55,157 nucleotides of DNA from NCBI RefSeq assembly GCF_001194135.2, contig NC_068984.1:6333653-6388809 (forward strand). Reading direction: 5' to 3'. Each line of letters starts with the position of its first letter. Positions within the stretch are counted from its first letter, which is position 1. Under the pieces are notes generated by a model, which saw only the letters and a program-made list of their open reading frames with translations, did not search any database and was not told the DNA's origin. Below, in pieces: positions 13,581 to 26,384 of this stretch. Source of the DNA: Octopus bimaculoides. Its lineage: Eukaryota. The translations under genes were made by a program, and so were the position numbers.

Positions 13581-14204
13581 TCCATATACACACACACTCT
13601 GGCATTGCATTACTGTCATCTTTATCCTCTTCCAACTACTCCTATCCACCATTATATAATGTGTGGTAGACATGTATTCCTTTGGAAGCAAAACATTAGG
13701 CTTGTCTCTCTATCATATTTAGCACTGGCATAAAGACACCTCCCTTAAATGCTTAGTAGTAGAAGCTTTTTCCTTTCCCCACTGTCCTCTCTCTGTGTCT
13801 CACAAGCTACTTGGCAACCTTACTTGTGCCAGTGACATGAAAAAAAGCACCCTCTGTACACTGTAAGTGGTAAGCATTACAAAGAGCATCCAGCCATAGA
13901 AACCATGCCAAAGCTTATATTGGAGCTTAGCACAGCTCTGAAGCTCACCATAAGCTATCAAACTGTCCAACCCATGTCAGCATGGAAATCAGACATTAAA
14001 TAGTGATCATGGTGTATGTGTATACTTATATAATACGTACATGTATATACATTATGGCTGCAAACATGTGTTTGAGTATTGCTATCATCTGATTGAAAGT
14101 CCCATACATGTGAAGGCTATGACCAGCCGTTTTTGTGATAGGTCTTACTTTTTTCAAGTGATGCCTGAGCATGATGATTTTTTTTATGGTGGAGAAATGT
14201 GGCT

Positions 14205-14745
14205 ATAAGAGGCATCAGATGTTGTGTGCAAGAGAGAAGATTGTGCTGGTTTGGTCATGTGATGTGTATCGATGAGGACAACTATGTAAAGAAGCGCTGA
14301 ACTCTAATTGTGGAGGGTACCTGTGGAAGGGGTGGACCCAGGAAGATGTGGTATGAAGTGGTGTGAAGGATCTTCGAACACTGGGCTTCACTGAAAAAAT
14401 GATAAAGGACCAGGAGATGTAGCAATTTGCTGTACTTGATAAGACATGTAAAGCTAAGTAAAATAGCTGTCTTCCACACATACAGGCTTGTCCTTTCAGG
14501 CACTGGCACCACATAAAAAGTACCCATGCTGGAACTGCACAAATGAACCCGTGCTGGTTGCACCGTAAAGAGCACCCAGCACACTCAGTTAAGTGGTTAG
14601 CATTAGGAAGGGCATCCAACTGTAGAAACCATGCCACAACAGACAATTGGAGTCTCGACAGCTCGTAGCTGGTAAGCTCCATGTTAAATCGTCTAACCCA
14701 TGCCAGCATGGAAAACGAGTGTTAAACAATGATGATGATGATGAA
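14205..14745 (+). mobile_element. 5'-truncated RTE LINE (ORF C-terminus + 3' UTR)
   Basis: IRGIRCCVQERRLCWFGHVMCIDED...EGTCGRGGPRKMW (RTE RLxWxGHV...GRGRP motif), ending in ccatgccagcatggaaaacg...(gat)n. Confidence 0.85.
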
Positions 14746-14967
14746 TATATGCTTATATACATACATACACACACACACACACAAATATGTATACATCCGT
14801 ATAAAATACATAGGTTTCTTAAGAGCTTTATGATAAGAATGTACAGCATGTATAGTTTATGAGAATTCTACATAGTTCAGACTATAGAATAATGTTTCTG
14901 ATTGATCTAAATGTTATAAGAAGAAATCCAAAAGTACCCACCTCTTCGCACGTGTATGCATATAAGT

Positions 14968-15004
<37 letters not shown>

Positions 15005-15405
15005 NNNNNNNNNNNNNNNNNNNNNNNNNNNNNNNNNNNNNNNNNNNNNNNNNNNNNNNNNNNNNNNNNNNNNNNNNNNNNNNNNNNNNNNNNNNNNNNN
15101 NNNNNNNNNNNNNNNNNNNNNNNNNNNNNNNNNNNNNNNNNNNNNNNNNNNNNNNNNNNNNNNNNNNNNNNNNNNNNNNNNNNNNNNNNNNNNNNNNNNN
15201 NNNNNNNNNNNNNNNNNNNNNNNNNNNNNNNNNNNNNNNNNNNNNNNNNNNNNNNNNNNNNNNNNNNNNNNNNNNNNNNNNNNNNNNNNNNNNNNNNNNN
15301 NNNNNNNNNNNNNNNNNNNNNNNNNNNNNNNNNNNNNNNNNNNNNNNNNNNNNNNNNNNNNNNNNNNNNNNNNNNNNNNNNNNNNNNNNNNNNNNNNNNN
15401 NNNNN

Positions 15406-15437
<32 letters not shown>

Positions 15438-15930
15438 CATACATACATACATACATACATACACAAGCACACACACACACAGAGTAATGTACTATTTTAG
15501 GGTGTGTCAGAGGCTATATTTATTCGTGATATACTTTTTAATGCTCAGTGTGTATGAGTTTACAATTAGCTTAGGTATATATTTCACACAACTGGTTTGT
15601 GTGTATTGACTATATTTAGTCTTCACACTACAAGTGTGTGAGTGTATAATAAGTTCATGTGTATATTTAGTACTTCTATTTTATGTATTTTTTATCAACA
15701 TATTTCATCTAAGCACTCTAAGTATGTGTACATTTAGTTCAAGTGTATACTTAGTAATACTAGTTGGTGGAGATTAGATATATATGTTTAGTTTTGCTAC
15801 AACAAGCATACACTTTATTTCCTCAACATGTATATATAGATATATCAAAGAATATATTGAAATATGTCACAAACATATTTTAACTAAAGTTTGCTTATGC
15901 CTAAACACTGCTTGGTGCTGATACTGCTGA

Positions 15931-15984
<54 letters not shown>

Positions 15985-16022
15985 ATGTGTGTGTGTGTGT
16001 GCGTGTGTGTGCACGTGTGTGT

Positions 16023-16188
16023 GCAGGAGTGGCTGTGTGGTAAGTAGCTTGCTTACCAACCACATGCTTCTGGGTTCAGTCCCACTGCGTGGCACCTTGG
16101 ACAAGTGTCTTCTACTATAGCCTTGGGCCAACCAAAGCCTTGTGAGTGGATTTGGTAGTCGGAAACTGAAAGAAGCCCGTCGTATATA

Positions 16189-16239
<51 letters not shown>

Positions 16240-16447
16240 TTGTGTGTCTGTGTTTGTCCCCCAACATCACTTGACAATCGATGCTGGTGTGTTTACGTCC
16301 CTGTAACCTAGCAGTTTGGCAAAAGAGACCGATAGAATAAGTACCAGGCTTACAAAGAATAAGTCCTGGTGTCGATTTCTTCGACTAAAGGTGGTGCTCT
16401 AGCATGGCTACAGTCAAATGAGTGAAACAAGTAAAAGAGTAAAAGAA
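16023..16447 (+). mobile_element. Full-length tRNA-derived SINE (family B) with internal (TG)n
   Basis: Head TGGCTGTGTGGTAAG...GGGTTCAGTCCC, internal TG repeat, 3' end cagtcaaatgagtgaaacaagtaaaagagtaaaag. Related copies at ~20265-20640, 36505-36694 (minus) and 51932-52180. Confidence 0.85.
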
Positions 16448-16510
16448 TATATATAAATTATTATTTCTAAATTTCTGAGTGACAAACATTCAGTAACAGT
16501 ACTCTAGAGT

Positions 16511-16752
16511 AAAGATTATTTGCCAACATAATGTAGCAGTCCAGGTTCGGATGATGGCTACTGTTATTTGGCCCCAGGAAACATGGTCTCTAGCTGGATA
16601 GAGCTGAGTGAGGACACTAAACTCCCTAGTTCGAAAATATAAGAAAGCAGGTAGTGTGTCAATAGCCAACTGGAGATGATGTGTCTTGGGGCTAAATAAC
16701 AGTAACATACGTCCGAACCAGGACTGCCACATTATGTTGGCAAATAATCTTT
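16511..16752. mobile_element. MITE/foldback with ~75-90 bp imperfect terminal inverted repeats
   Basis: aaagattatttgccaacataatgtagcagtccaggttcgga...gccccaggaaacat (16511-16584) is the near reverse complement of 16679-16752. Confidence 0.85.
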
Positions 16753-16754
16753 TA

Positions 16755-16774
16755 TTCTCTCTCTCTCTCTCTCG

Positions 16775-16853
<79 letters not shown>

Positions 16854-16868
16854 GATAGATAGATAGAT
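16755..16868 (+). repeat. (CT)n-(TA)n-(GA)n-(GATA)n compound microsatellite
   Basis: Direct reading. Confidence 0.95.
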
Positions 16869-17951
16869 AGTAAAGCCAGTTGCTACATCAAAGTGGATGT
16901 TGAATATTACTACCAGTTTAACCCCAGGCAGATTCTCTGCCAGTGGGTAATCGGTACAACATTGCACCCTTTATATACAATATACTGTTAGCAGGTATCA
17001 GGATCACGAGGCTGACTCAGTTTCAAGCTATTTGGTTCATCCTCAGTCGCGAGCACCTTTATGCCGGAACCAAAGCCAGAGTCTTTTAATGCTATCAATA
17101 TATTGTAAACAAAGTGACCATCAGTCACTGATTTGCAACAAGCAAAATAGCTAATTGTAAAATCTCATGAAGAGACCAGAGTAGTAAATATTTATATAGA
17201 GTAATAAATATTTATATATGTAATGTTTACTACTGGCATAATAGACAGTGGTCTAATTTCATGATCATATTATTTACTTCAGCATCCCAATTTAGACCCT
17301 CTTTGGAGGATTTTAGTTTAGAATCACAATATGACAGTTTTACAACCCCATTATACGGAATTGTATTTTATTTCAGTTTCTTATCTGTGGCTAATACATG
17401 AGTTAGTTTTTTCTTATGATAATCAGTTATGTGATAAATATTGTCTTCTATTACTTGAGGGTGCTTCTACACAGCCATTTAATATGCCAGAAATATCAGT
17501 AAATATCCTTCAAATTACACCCTCCCATCTTAAAAAAGAAAAAAAACAAATTAAATAATGTCATGGTAGACACAGTGTAACTTCAAAAGTTTTAATCCAC
17601 AGTTCTGCTTGATTAAGGTTGAGCTGGGGTTAAACAAAACCAACATCATCATTCAAACATTCACTTTTCCAATATTGCATGTGTCAGATTGAATTTGACA
17701 AGGCAGGTTTTATATGGCTGAATTCCCTTCCTGTTGCCAATCCTCACCTGTTTCCAAGTGAGGTCATATTTCCCTACGGCTGGATTGGTTTCCATAAGGA
17801 CACCACTTGCATGATGGTGATATCTATTTGTACCAGTCACATTATGTCAAGAAAAGAAGATACAAGCACACGCATACATGTACACACACATATATACATG
17901 CACATATACATATTTAACTGTTTTCTTCTAGTTTCTTGATCAAATTTACTC

Positions 17952-18306
17952 ACAAGGCCCCAATACACAACTGGTACTTAATTTATTGACCCTGAAAGGA
18001 TGAAAGGCAAAGTCAACCTCAGCAGGATTTGAACTCAGAATGTAAAGACAGATGAAATACCACTAAGCATTTCGCCCAGCATGCTAATGTTTCTTTTCTC
18101 CTCTAGGTACAAGGCCCAAAATTTTTGGGGAGAGGGCCAGTCGATTTCATTGACTCGTGGATGGAACTGGTACTTAATTTATCGACCCTGAAAAGATGAA
18201 AAGCAAAGTCGACCTCAGCAGAATTTGAACTCAGAACGTAAAGACAGATGAAATACCACTAAGTATTTCGCCCGGCTTGTTAACATTTCTGCCAGCTCGC
18301 CGCCTT
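17952..18306 (-). mobile_element. Two tandem SINE family A copies
   Basis: actggtacttaattt...gaaaggatgaaaggcaaagtcaacctc...tttgaactcagaa repeated at ~17970-18090 and ~18165-18300. Confidence 0.85.
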
Positions 18307-18528
18307 CACACCTATCAATATCCACAATAGATACGCTTAGTGAAGTATGATTCGTGGAGGTGGCTGAATCAATAAAAGCTTTACTCAATTCTAAATCTTA
18401 GCTAGTTTACTTTTCCCTCTTTCTCCCAGGTTCGAATCCTGCAGCAATTGACATAGACTTTCATTCTTCTATTGATAATATGTAAGTGGTAGTATTAAAG
18501 TGAGGTTGATATAATTGAATATAACCCC

Positions 18529-18575
<47 letters not shown>

Positions 18576-18938
18576 AAAACATCGACCTTGTGTATTGTTG
18601 GCAAAAAGAAATTTCTATTTAAATATCAACACCTTGCAACTGTGTGTATGTTTAGTTCAGTACATAAGTGTTGTGATAATAGCTATGCCACTTATACTTA
18701 GGTATATTATTTGATAAACTGCTATATTTAATCTGTTACAAGCAGTATATAACTTATTTAGTATTTCTATTCTATTTCATTCATATCACTTACTTTCTCA
18801 TTTGTTTAATTCAACTGTCAGTAGATTATGTTAGCTATTCAGTACTTCTAGCGCAGCTATATTTTGCATGCTGCTGCTGCTACTACAACTACGACTGCTA
18901 GTAATTCATTTGTTTTGTTCAATACTACTAATTTTCAT

Positions 18939-18996
<58 letters not shown>

Positions 18997-21900
18997 TTAT
19001 TTACTGATTGTTTTTCCCTTTTGTTTTAGTCTTGTTTGTTTGTTTGTGTCTTCTCTATGAACAATTCTTGTTGGTAGCATAGCAACACAAACAGATGCAT
19101 ATTGTTTTCCTACTGGCTTACACAATGTAAATCGCTGCTGGTGACTTCATTTCTTCTATCCTTTTGCCAGGCTGAAGTTAGAATCATGAAAGAGCTCGTA
19201 TAATCCAGTCAAAATCTTCGCCGCTCAATCAGCCAATGACATGCCCTCCTTTCACTCTAATCTGCTTTCAATAATTTGTGTATTAAGATTACATCTCTAT
19301 TTAGCTACTTTATCCTTAAATTCTAGGCCAAAACTAGATCAGATACACACATATAGACAGATGTACATATAAATAGACAACGTTAATGAATGACACTTTA
19401 TACACAGGTGTAGTAATTTGTGTGTGCTTATGCATGTGTATGTATGAGTGTGTATACATACAAATAGACAAACAGACTAATGTATGAGTACATACATTGT
19501 TAATTAATGAATTCTTATGACTGTTAGTACTGAGAAGAACATGTATTTGGCATCTACACACAAATATGAACACACACACACACACACACACGCACACATA
19601 CCTAGAGAGACAGACAGATCTGCATATTTTGTGGGTTTTTGTGTTTATGTTTGGTTCTGTAAGCTATTATTTTCCCTCATTATATATTCTTTCACTGCCT
19701 CACTCCACAATTTGAGACTAAGCAAGTTTAATATTTTAAATAAAATTGAATATTTTTCTTTAAATTGAAGCAACATTAATAGTTAAAACTAATCAAGCAA
19801 GGAATGTAACAGCAAATCAATACTTAATAATATATTCAGTTAATTAAATTATATAGTTTTCTAATGCCTACCTATTGATATTTTCATCTATCTACTTTTA
19901 TAAATCACACAAGAGAGGTAAACATGATTGGTTATTTTGAACATGATGTTTTATGAAAGAATAGAATTGTGATAGTCATTTTTGAGGGGAGGGGAATTAA
20001 TGAGACATGTATTAAAACTGGGTCCTGATTTTGATTTGTAGAAGAAATAATCTGAAATAATTAAGTTATTTCAGATAATGTGGTGGAGTAGCAGAGACGT
20101 TCATTCTCTCACAGTCTGAGTTCAAATCTTGCCAGAATGAACATTCGTTTTTATCCTGATAAAATAACTACCCAGTATTTATGGGGACTGATTCATTCAA
20201 CTAAACCTCACCCGGCCAATTTTGTAGATTTGGACCTCACATGAAAATTTTATTAATGACATAAATGTGGCTGTGTAATTAAGAAGTTTATTTTGCTGCA
20301 ACATGGTTTTGAGTTCAATCCCATGGTAAAGTACTTTCTACTGTAGCCTGGAGCTGAAAAACAACCCTGTGAGAGAAATTTAGTTGACAAAGACCATGCA
20401 GAAGCCTATTACATAATGTGTGTGTGTTTATCTGCATGTCCTTTGGCACTGACATCACTTGGAGAGCAGTAATGTATATTTATGTGTGACATAAACAATG
20501 TCCTGCAGCTCAGTTGTTCAATGAACAAACACCCGTGAAATAAAGTACCTTACTTGGGGACAAGGGCTGGTGCTAAAAAGGGCATCCAAATATAGAACAC
20601 TGCCCCAAGAAGTCTTGTCCAACCCATACTGATATCAGAAAAGCTTACCAATTAAGGTATTCATCTTTCATACTTCATCACCACTACCTTTAGTATTTTG
20701 CTGTGAACCTAGTAAAGATATTTTAAATCTTATGGTTCAGCTCACTTAATAGTGAATAAGAAACAAACATATGACAAACATATGTTTGCATAAATTAAAG
20801 ATTATTATTGTCAATAATATCATTTTGTTGTGATCTATGCATGTAAAGCTTTCACTATGGAATGAAATCAAAGATATAATCTATGATATACATAGCATAT
20901 AGTTTGTAAAAGAAATTTCATCCTAAACTATGTAGACAATCTATTATAGATACACTATTTATATTATTTGTAAGTCAGTTGATTTATACATATTTTAAAC
21001 TGATTATAATCTATATTATAGATGTATTTATTGCTTTTAGAATCCATAGTTGTGAGGCAGCTATTGAGTGTGTATGCATACAAACTGGGTTCAAGTCCAA
21101 CTATAAGCACTCTTCTCATATGAAAATGCAATGTAGTAGAATGCATTAAGACTTGTTGAGGCATTGCCAGTGCAGCCATATATATAGATAATGCTTTCAA
21201 TTTCATTCTATTATTATCATTATCTTTTTTTGAAATAAAATAAAAATAAGAGATAACATGTCTTATGTTAAAAGAGGACAACAAGTGGTATAACAAAGAA
21301 TATAATTTTCAAAGATCTTTTATAAAACTTGCACCTTTACTGTTACCTTTGAAGTCTCAACACCAGCTAAATGATCAAACATTTTGGGAAAAATACAATT
21401 TCATAAGAGATTATGTATTTCATATATACATAATGTTTTCAATATATTTCCAACAATTTTACAATTTTCAAAATATTTTTGATAGATAAATCCAACTTGA
21501 TTCAGAAGATTGTCTTTATGTATCAATAGTGTTTAGCATTTGATAATTATAATTATGTAAACTGGAAAACCATTCTATAAACTAGATTCCACATAATTAA
21601 AAGACAATACGCTAAGCATGTAAAGAGCATAGCACATGTAATACCTGAAACAGATTAAACTACTATTGTATGACTGCTAATATTTGCTTCAGCTTTACAT
21701 TGGTACCAGAGAGAAGCCACCTCATACTGAGTAAATAATGTCTCCAGATTTCAACAGTATTAGCTAAAATAGTAAAGTATGTCTTAGATAATTTAGTCAC
21801 ATCTTTCAATATTCTGAAGTTAAATCTAGGGTTAACTTTGCCTTTCACTTGTTCAGGATTGATAAAACTGTGCTTTGTGCCAAAATGGTTGTGTAGTAAA

Positions 21901-22559
21901 GTATAAGATTAGCTGTCAGTTTGAACTTATTATAACATCATTTGAGTAGTATTTTAGAAAGGCACACAACACAGCTTACCTGCAATTAGCTGGTTGATAA
22001 ACAAGTTCCATTTCTCCACCGCTGGATGATTAAAAAAGGGAAAATATCCAGATATTATTACTGGACTAATTAGTTATGTCTAAATTTTTTAGAACTGCAT
22101 TCAACCCATGCCAGCATGAAAAGTGGATGTAAAAGGGATAGTGATGAACATCTATTATAATTTTTAAGCAAGGAGCTTATGCTTTAGCTTTTAATTACCA
22201 GTTTACTGTGACATTGGTTTGGTATTTGTATTAAAAAGAAATCAGGGTCTAAGGAAATTAATGTTAAAATTCAATACATAAAATTCACAAATATGAATAA
22301 TTCTAAATGCCATTATGAACACATGAATTCTTATAATTCAGTGCAGAATCAATCTTTAGAAATAAAAAAAATAAAAAGAAAAATGAATAGTTTTCTGTTA
22401 TTCATGTTGCAGAGAAATAGACTGGGGCAGATAAAGTCATTTGTCTTAGGTACAGAAGAAATAAAATAGCTAGCTGTAGAGCATAACAGAACATCAGCAC
22501 ATGGGCTGTGATTTCATATCTGTTGCTCTGCCCACTATGGTATTCCTTTTGATGTTTAA

Positions 22560-24332
22560 CCCTCTAATCTGTCAAATGTGATGCTTATTTGTTCATGTTA
22601 TTTTGAATTATTCAGGTTCAAGAGGGGTGTCCACAATATTTGCTTGTAACTTTGTTAATTTTTTACATACAGATTTGAAATTTTATCAGTGTGTGCTTAT
22701 ATACCAGTGGGTTATAGTTATGTAATTTAAGCTGGTCTTGTTGATTAAATTTGACTTTTATGGGCAGGTAAATTTAATTAACAGGTGTAAAAGCAATAAC
22801 ATTATGCATAAACACTAAAATTGAAATTCTTAATGCTTGTTTGATTTGTAACTAAAATTATCCCAAATGTCAACCCTTAACAATTTTGCCTATTTTCAAG
22901 ATGAGGTACATTAATTTGAATTAATTAAAATACAGGTATAAGCAGTACAAGATTTTATTCTTTCTCTATATTTCATTGAAAATAAAGTTAGTCAATATAC
23001 CATTGACTATGTACTCTTATACAATCTAATGAATACATTTATATAACAGAATGCATCTAATAAAAAAAAAAGCTCATTAGCAGATGAGGCAAAGGTGAAT
23101 ACAGGTGTATAACATACTGAAAATTAATATGTATTTCTCACTTTCACATATTTGTAATAAAATGAAAGTAATAACAAACAACAAAATATAGTTATGCCAT
23201 ATTTCTATCATGAAACTGTCCAAAGCACCCTTTACACAAGGGCACTTGGCAAAACGAACACATATATGAGGTCTCGACCCGATATCCTTCTGCAGTTTTG
23301 CTTTTTTACAGCAAATAGTCTGCAAACTTTTTCCTTCCATTTATTTTTCCACTTTATGGAAGACAATATTTTCTCTATTGACATCCACCTCAGTTAATTT
23401 TGCTTTTCTCCCAGTTCTGTGCTTTCTGGAAGAAAATCCCTATGTAACTGAAATGCAATGTCAACCTAAAATTTCAAATGGCCATAGTCCTTTGGTAGTT
23501 AAGGTACTGTGTGGCTTTTTACATAAAAAAAATATGAATTAACTATAGTTAGACATAATGCAGGAGATATATAGATCCCCATACCTTATATCAGGATTCC
23601 AATAACTCCACAGTTGAGGAAGCTGTTTGATGCCAAACATAATGTTTAGAGTAAAAAAGTTTGTATTTACGCAGTATCAGTTGGCTGCCATAGTGGATCA
23701 GGTCTTCCACAGATAGAAATTGTGTTGAGCATATTTGCTTTCTCCATGACAGTTTCAAAGAACTTTTCAGTAAAAATAAAAATAAATAGTCTAATGGTTG
23801 AGCACCGGGAGGCAGACCATATTGTGGACTAGTCTTTTCTGTGAAATCGGGAATTCCGGTTGATGTAGTAATCTTCAACCATGTTGCCGTAATGTTTTCA
23901 ATATCATTTTCATCACTTTCATTTCTATTACTTTCAGTATTAAAATCTTCCTTGTTCAGCAAAGATTCATAAATGTCAATATGATTTGTCCAAAGACAAA
24001 TCACTGTTGTTAGCGTTTGTATTTTGTACATCATCAAGAGTAAAACCTTCGAAGTCAGAATTGCAACTTGCTGATGGCATATTGTTAAAAGCTAAGATAT
24101 ATGCATCTCTTCAAACGTAAAAAAAAACCAAGAGGTCTCAAAACTAACACTGTATTTTTACTTGAATAATGGTGGGAAAGGCTTTATCTTACATTATCTC
24201 AAAGCTACAAGAATTTAATAATGTGATTTGTTTATTTTTTAGCGATTTTATAGGGAAATCAGATATGGCTGGATTTGGCCAGTTCAAACAAATAAAGGAG
24301 AATAATTTTTGGCCAGTCTAAACACTAAAGGG
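22560..24332 (-). mobile_element. Internally deleted piggyBac element with TTAA target sites
   Basis: TTAA(22556-22559)+CCCT... and ...AGGG+TTAA(24333-24336). Minus strand keeps an N-terminal piece (acidic tract; GLPPGAQPLDYLFLF) and a C-terminal Cys-rich motif ETSYMCSFCQVPLCKGCFGQFH (23201-23275). There is no room for the catalytic DDD core. Confidence 0.8.
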
Positions 24333-24720
24333 TTAAATGATTTGAGAAATCACAGAAAGAAAGCACAAAACTAAAAAAAGAATAATAACATCTTTTCATG
24401 CTCAGAACTCATGGAAAAAACAACCCAGTTGTTAGCTGTTAGAACATTGCATCATTCAAAATTCTATGCTCCCTAAAATTTGCCAGCACTACTTCTGATG
24501 TGTATAAGCACCATTTCCTCTTTATAACTCTTTGATTGTTCACTTTTCTGCCATTTTGCATTTTATTTTGAGTACACTGCTTGTACTGTTGGTTCTCATT
24601 GCTGTCTTGCTGTACTTGAGTTATTGCTGCCTGTGCCCACTTTTACCCTTTTTCCAACAAGTAATGGCACCTGAACAATGTAAACAATAAGCACATTATC
24701 ACTATTATTATTATTATAAC

Positions 24721-24934
24721 ATGGTGAGCCGGCAGAATCATTAGCATACTTGGCAAAATATTTAGCAGCATTTCATTCATCCTAACGTTCTGAGTTCAAA
24801 TTCCGCTGCCAAGGTCAACTTTGCCTTTCATCCTTTCAGAGTTGATGAAATAAGTATCTGTTATGCACTGGGATTGATATAATCAATTAGCCCCCTTCCA
24901 CAAAATTTCAGGTCTTGTGCCTATAGTAGAAAGG
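24721..24934 (+). mobile_element. SINE family A, near full length
   Basis: ggtgagccggcagaatcattagc...gttctgagttcaaattcc...gcctatagtagaaagg. Confidence 0.85.
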
Positions 24935-25349
24935 CAAGTGAGATCGTTGCCAGTGCCCCTGGACTGGCTCTTGTGCGGGTAGCACATAAGATGCACCATT
25001 TTGACCGTGGCCATTGCCAGTACCGCCTGACTGGCCTTCGTAGGATTTTCAAGCGAGATTGTTGCCAGTGCCCCTGGACTGGCTCTTGTGCGGGTGGCAC
25101 ATAAAAGACACCATTTTGAGCGTGGCCGTTGCCAGTACCACCTGACTGGCCTTTGTGCGGGTGACACGTAAAAGCCCCCACTACACTCTCTGAGTGGTTG
25201 GCGTTAGGAAGGGCATCCAGCTGTAGAAACTCTGCCAAATTAGATTGGAGCCTGGTGTTGGCATCCGGTTTCACCAGTCATCAGTCAAATCGTCCAACCC
25301 ATGCTAGCATGGAAAGCGGACGTTAAACGATGATGATGATGATGATGAT
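24935..25349 (+). mobile_element. Young RTE-type 3' UTR/tail with internal tandem repeat units
   Basis: Duplicated ~114-nt unit (gttgccagtgcccctggactggc...) followed by the shared tail ending aaagcggacgttaaac(gat)n. Highly similar to 44880-45224. Confidence 0.85.
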
Positions 25350-25704
25350 TATCTTACCTTTTCTAATGAATTGCAATGCACCTGAGCACTATTTACAATA
25401 AGCTTATATTCTGTGCTACTAACACTTCATTATGTCTCAAGACAGGGCAATTCCATATGTTTCAGTTCAACTAGTTTTGAGACATAGACTCAAGATTCTC
25501 TGGGAATGATATATGTACAAGAGATAACTGTTTTTTACAAAAAGATTGCCCTTTCATAAAATACTGCTACATCCAGAGTTAAGCACAAACTATATTTCCT
25601 TATATTTCAGAAATAATTAAATAATTTCGTTGACTTTGTCATAGTTACATTTTGCAACTTTAGTTTCACTTGATTTACTCTATCATTATATATTTATTTT
25701 GTAG

Positions 25705-25867
25705 ATATGGTGATATGGTCCCAAACACAATAACTGGTAAAATAGTCGGTGGTGTGTGTTCCCTGAGTGGTGTATTGGTTATTGCATTACCAGTGCCTGT
25801 AATTGTTTCAAACTTTAGTCGTATTTATCATCAGAACCAAAGAGCAGACAAACGCAAGGCACAAAAG
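25705..25867 (+). CDS. Shal: Shal/Kv4 (KCND-family) voltage-gated K+ channel, internal exon: end of pore loop, S6, start of cytoplasmic C-terminus
   Basis: Acceptor ttttgtAG at 25703-25704; A25705 completes the split Gly codon. Translates (G)[54 protein letters not shown], then donor GTAAAT at 25868. GYG filter, PVP hinge and [15 protein letters not shown] are diagnostic of Kv4. 163 nt, phase 2 to phase 0. Confidence 0.97.
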
Positions 25868-26384
25868 GTAAATTCAGACTTCGCCATTGTTTTTTTTTTC
25901 TTCTTTTTTCAGATATCATTTCTTATTATTGATACTGTTTCTGAAAGTAAAGTTATTTGATGCTAAATCTAACCAATTATTGAAAGATAATTGTTAGATA
26001 AGGCCAACAGATATTTTCTTTATAAGGTTTTCCTTTTGTAGTTGATTTGTAGCTGATTGACACTTATGGCTACTGAAATTATAAAAATTACTGTAAGAAC
26101 TCAGCTTCTGACAATAAAGCTAACCTTTCTATTTACTGAATGCAAGAACAAATGAGTCAGGATTGCTATTAAAAGTATAGCTCCTAAATCATGCTATGAT
26201 GTAATCATGCAAATAACAGTTCAGCAGACATCAAACACAGTATAATTTACAGATGTGTCGATCAAGGATGGATATATCTGTTTGTATAATTCATTCATTC
26301 ATTTATCCACACACAAACACTCAATGCGTGCATGTTTGTGCAAGTGTGTATTAGGTATGAGTTCACATACACATGCAGATCGTC

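Noticed and set aside
12658-15609. Long ORF-track entries (up to 217 aa), also at 29349-29750
   Set aside because: They consist of N gaps plus (TA)n/(TACA)n repeats.
18395-18445. GGTTCGAATCC perfect B box suggesting a tRNA gene
   Set aside because: No A box at the proper distance and no cloverleaf; probably a SINE remnant.
24940-25170. Regularly spaced palindromic repeats resembling a CRISPR array
   Set aside because: The intervening sequences are themselves repeated, the context is eukaryotic, no cas genes are present, and the units belong to the RTE 3' UTR.
25670-25704. ORF-track N-terminal extension of the pore exon (and the alternative start at 41412)
   Set aside because: These are intronic sequence or an internal Leu codon; true boundaries are set by the splice sites.
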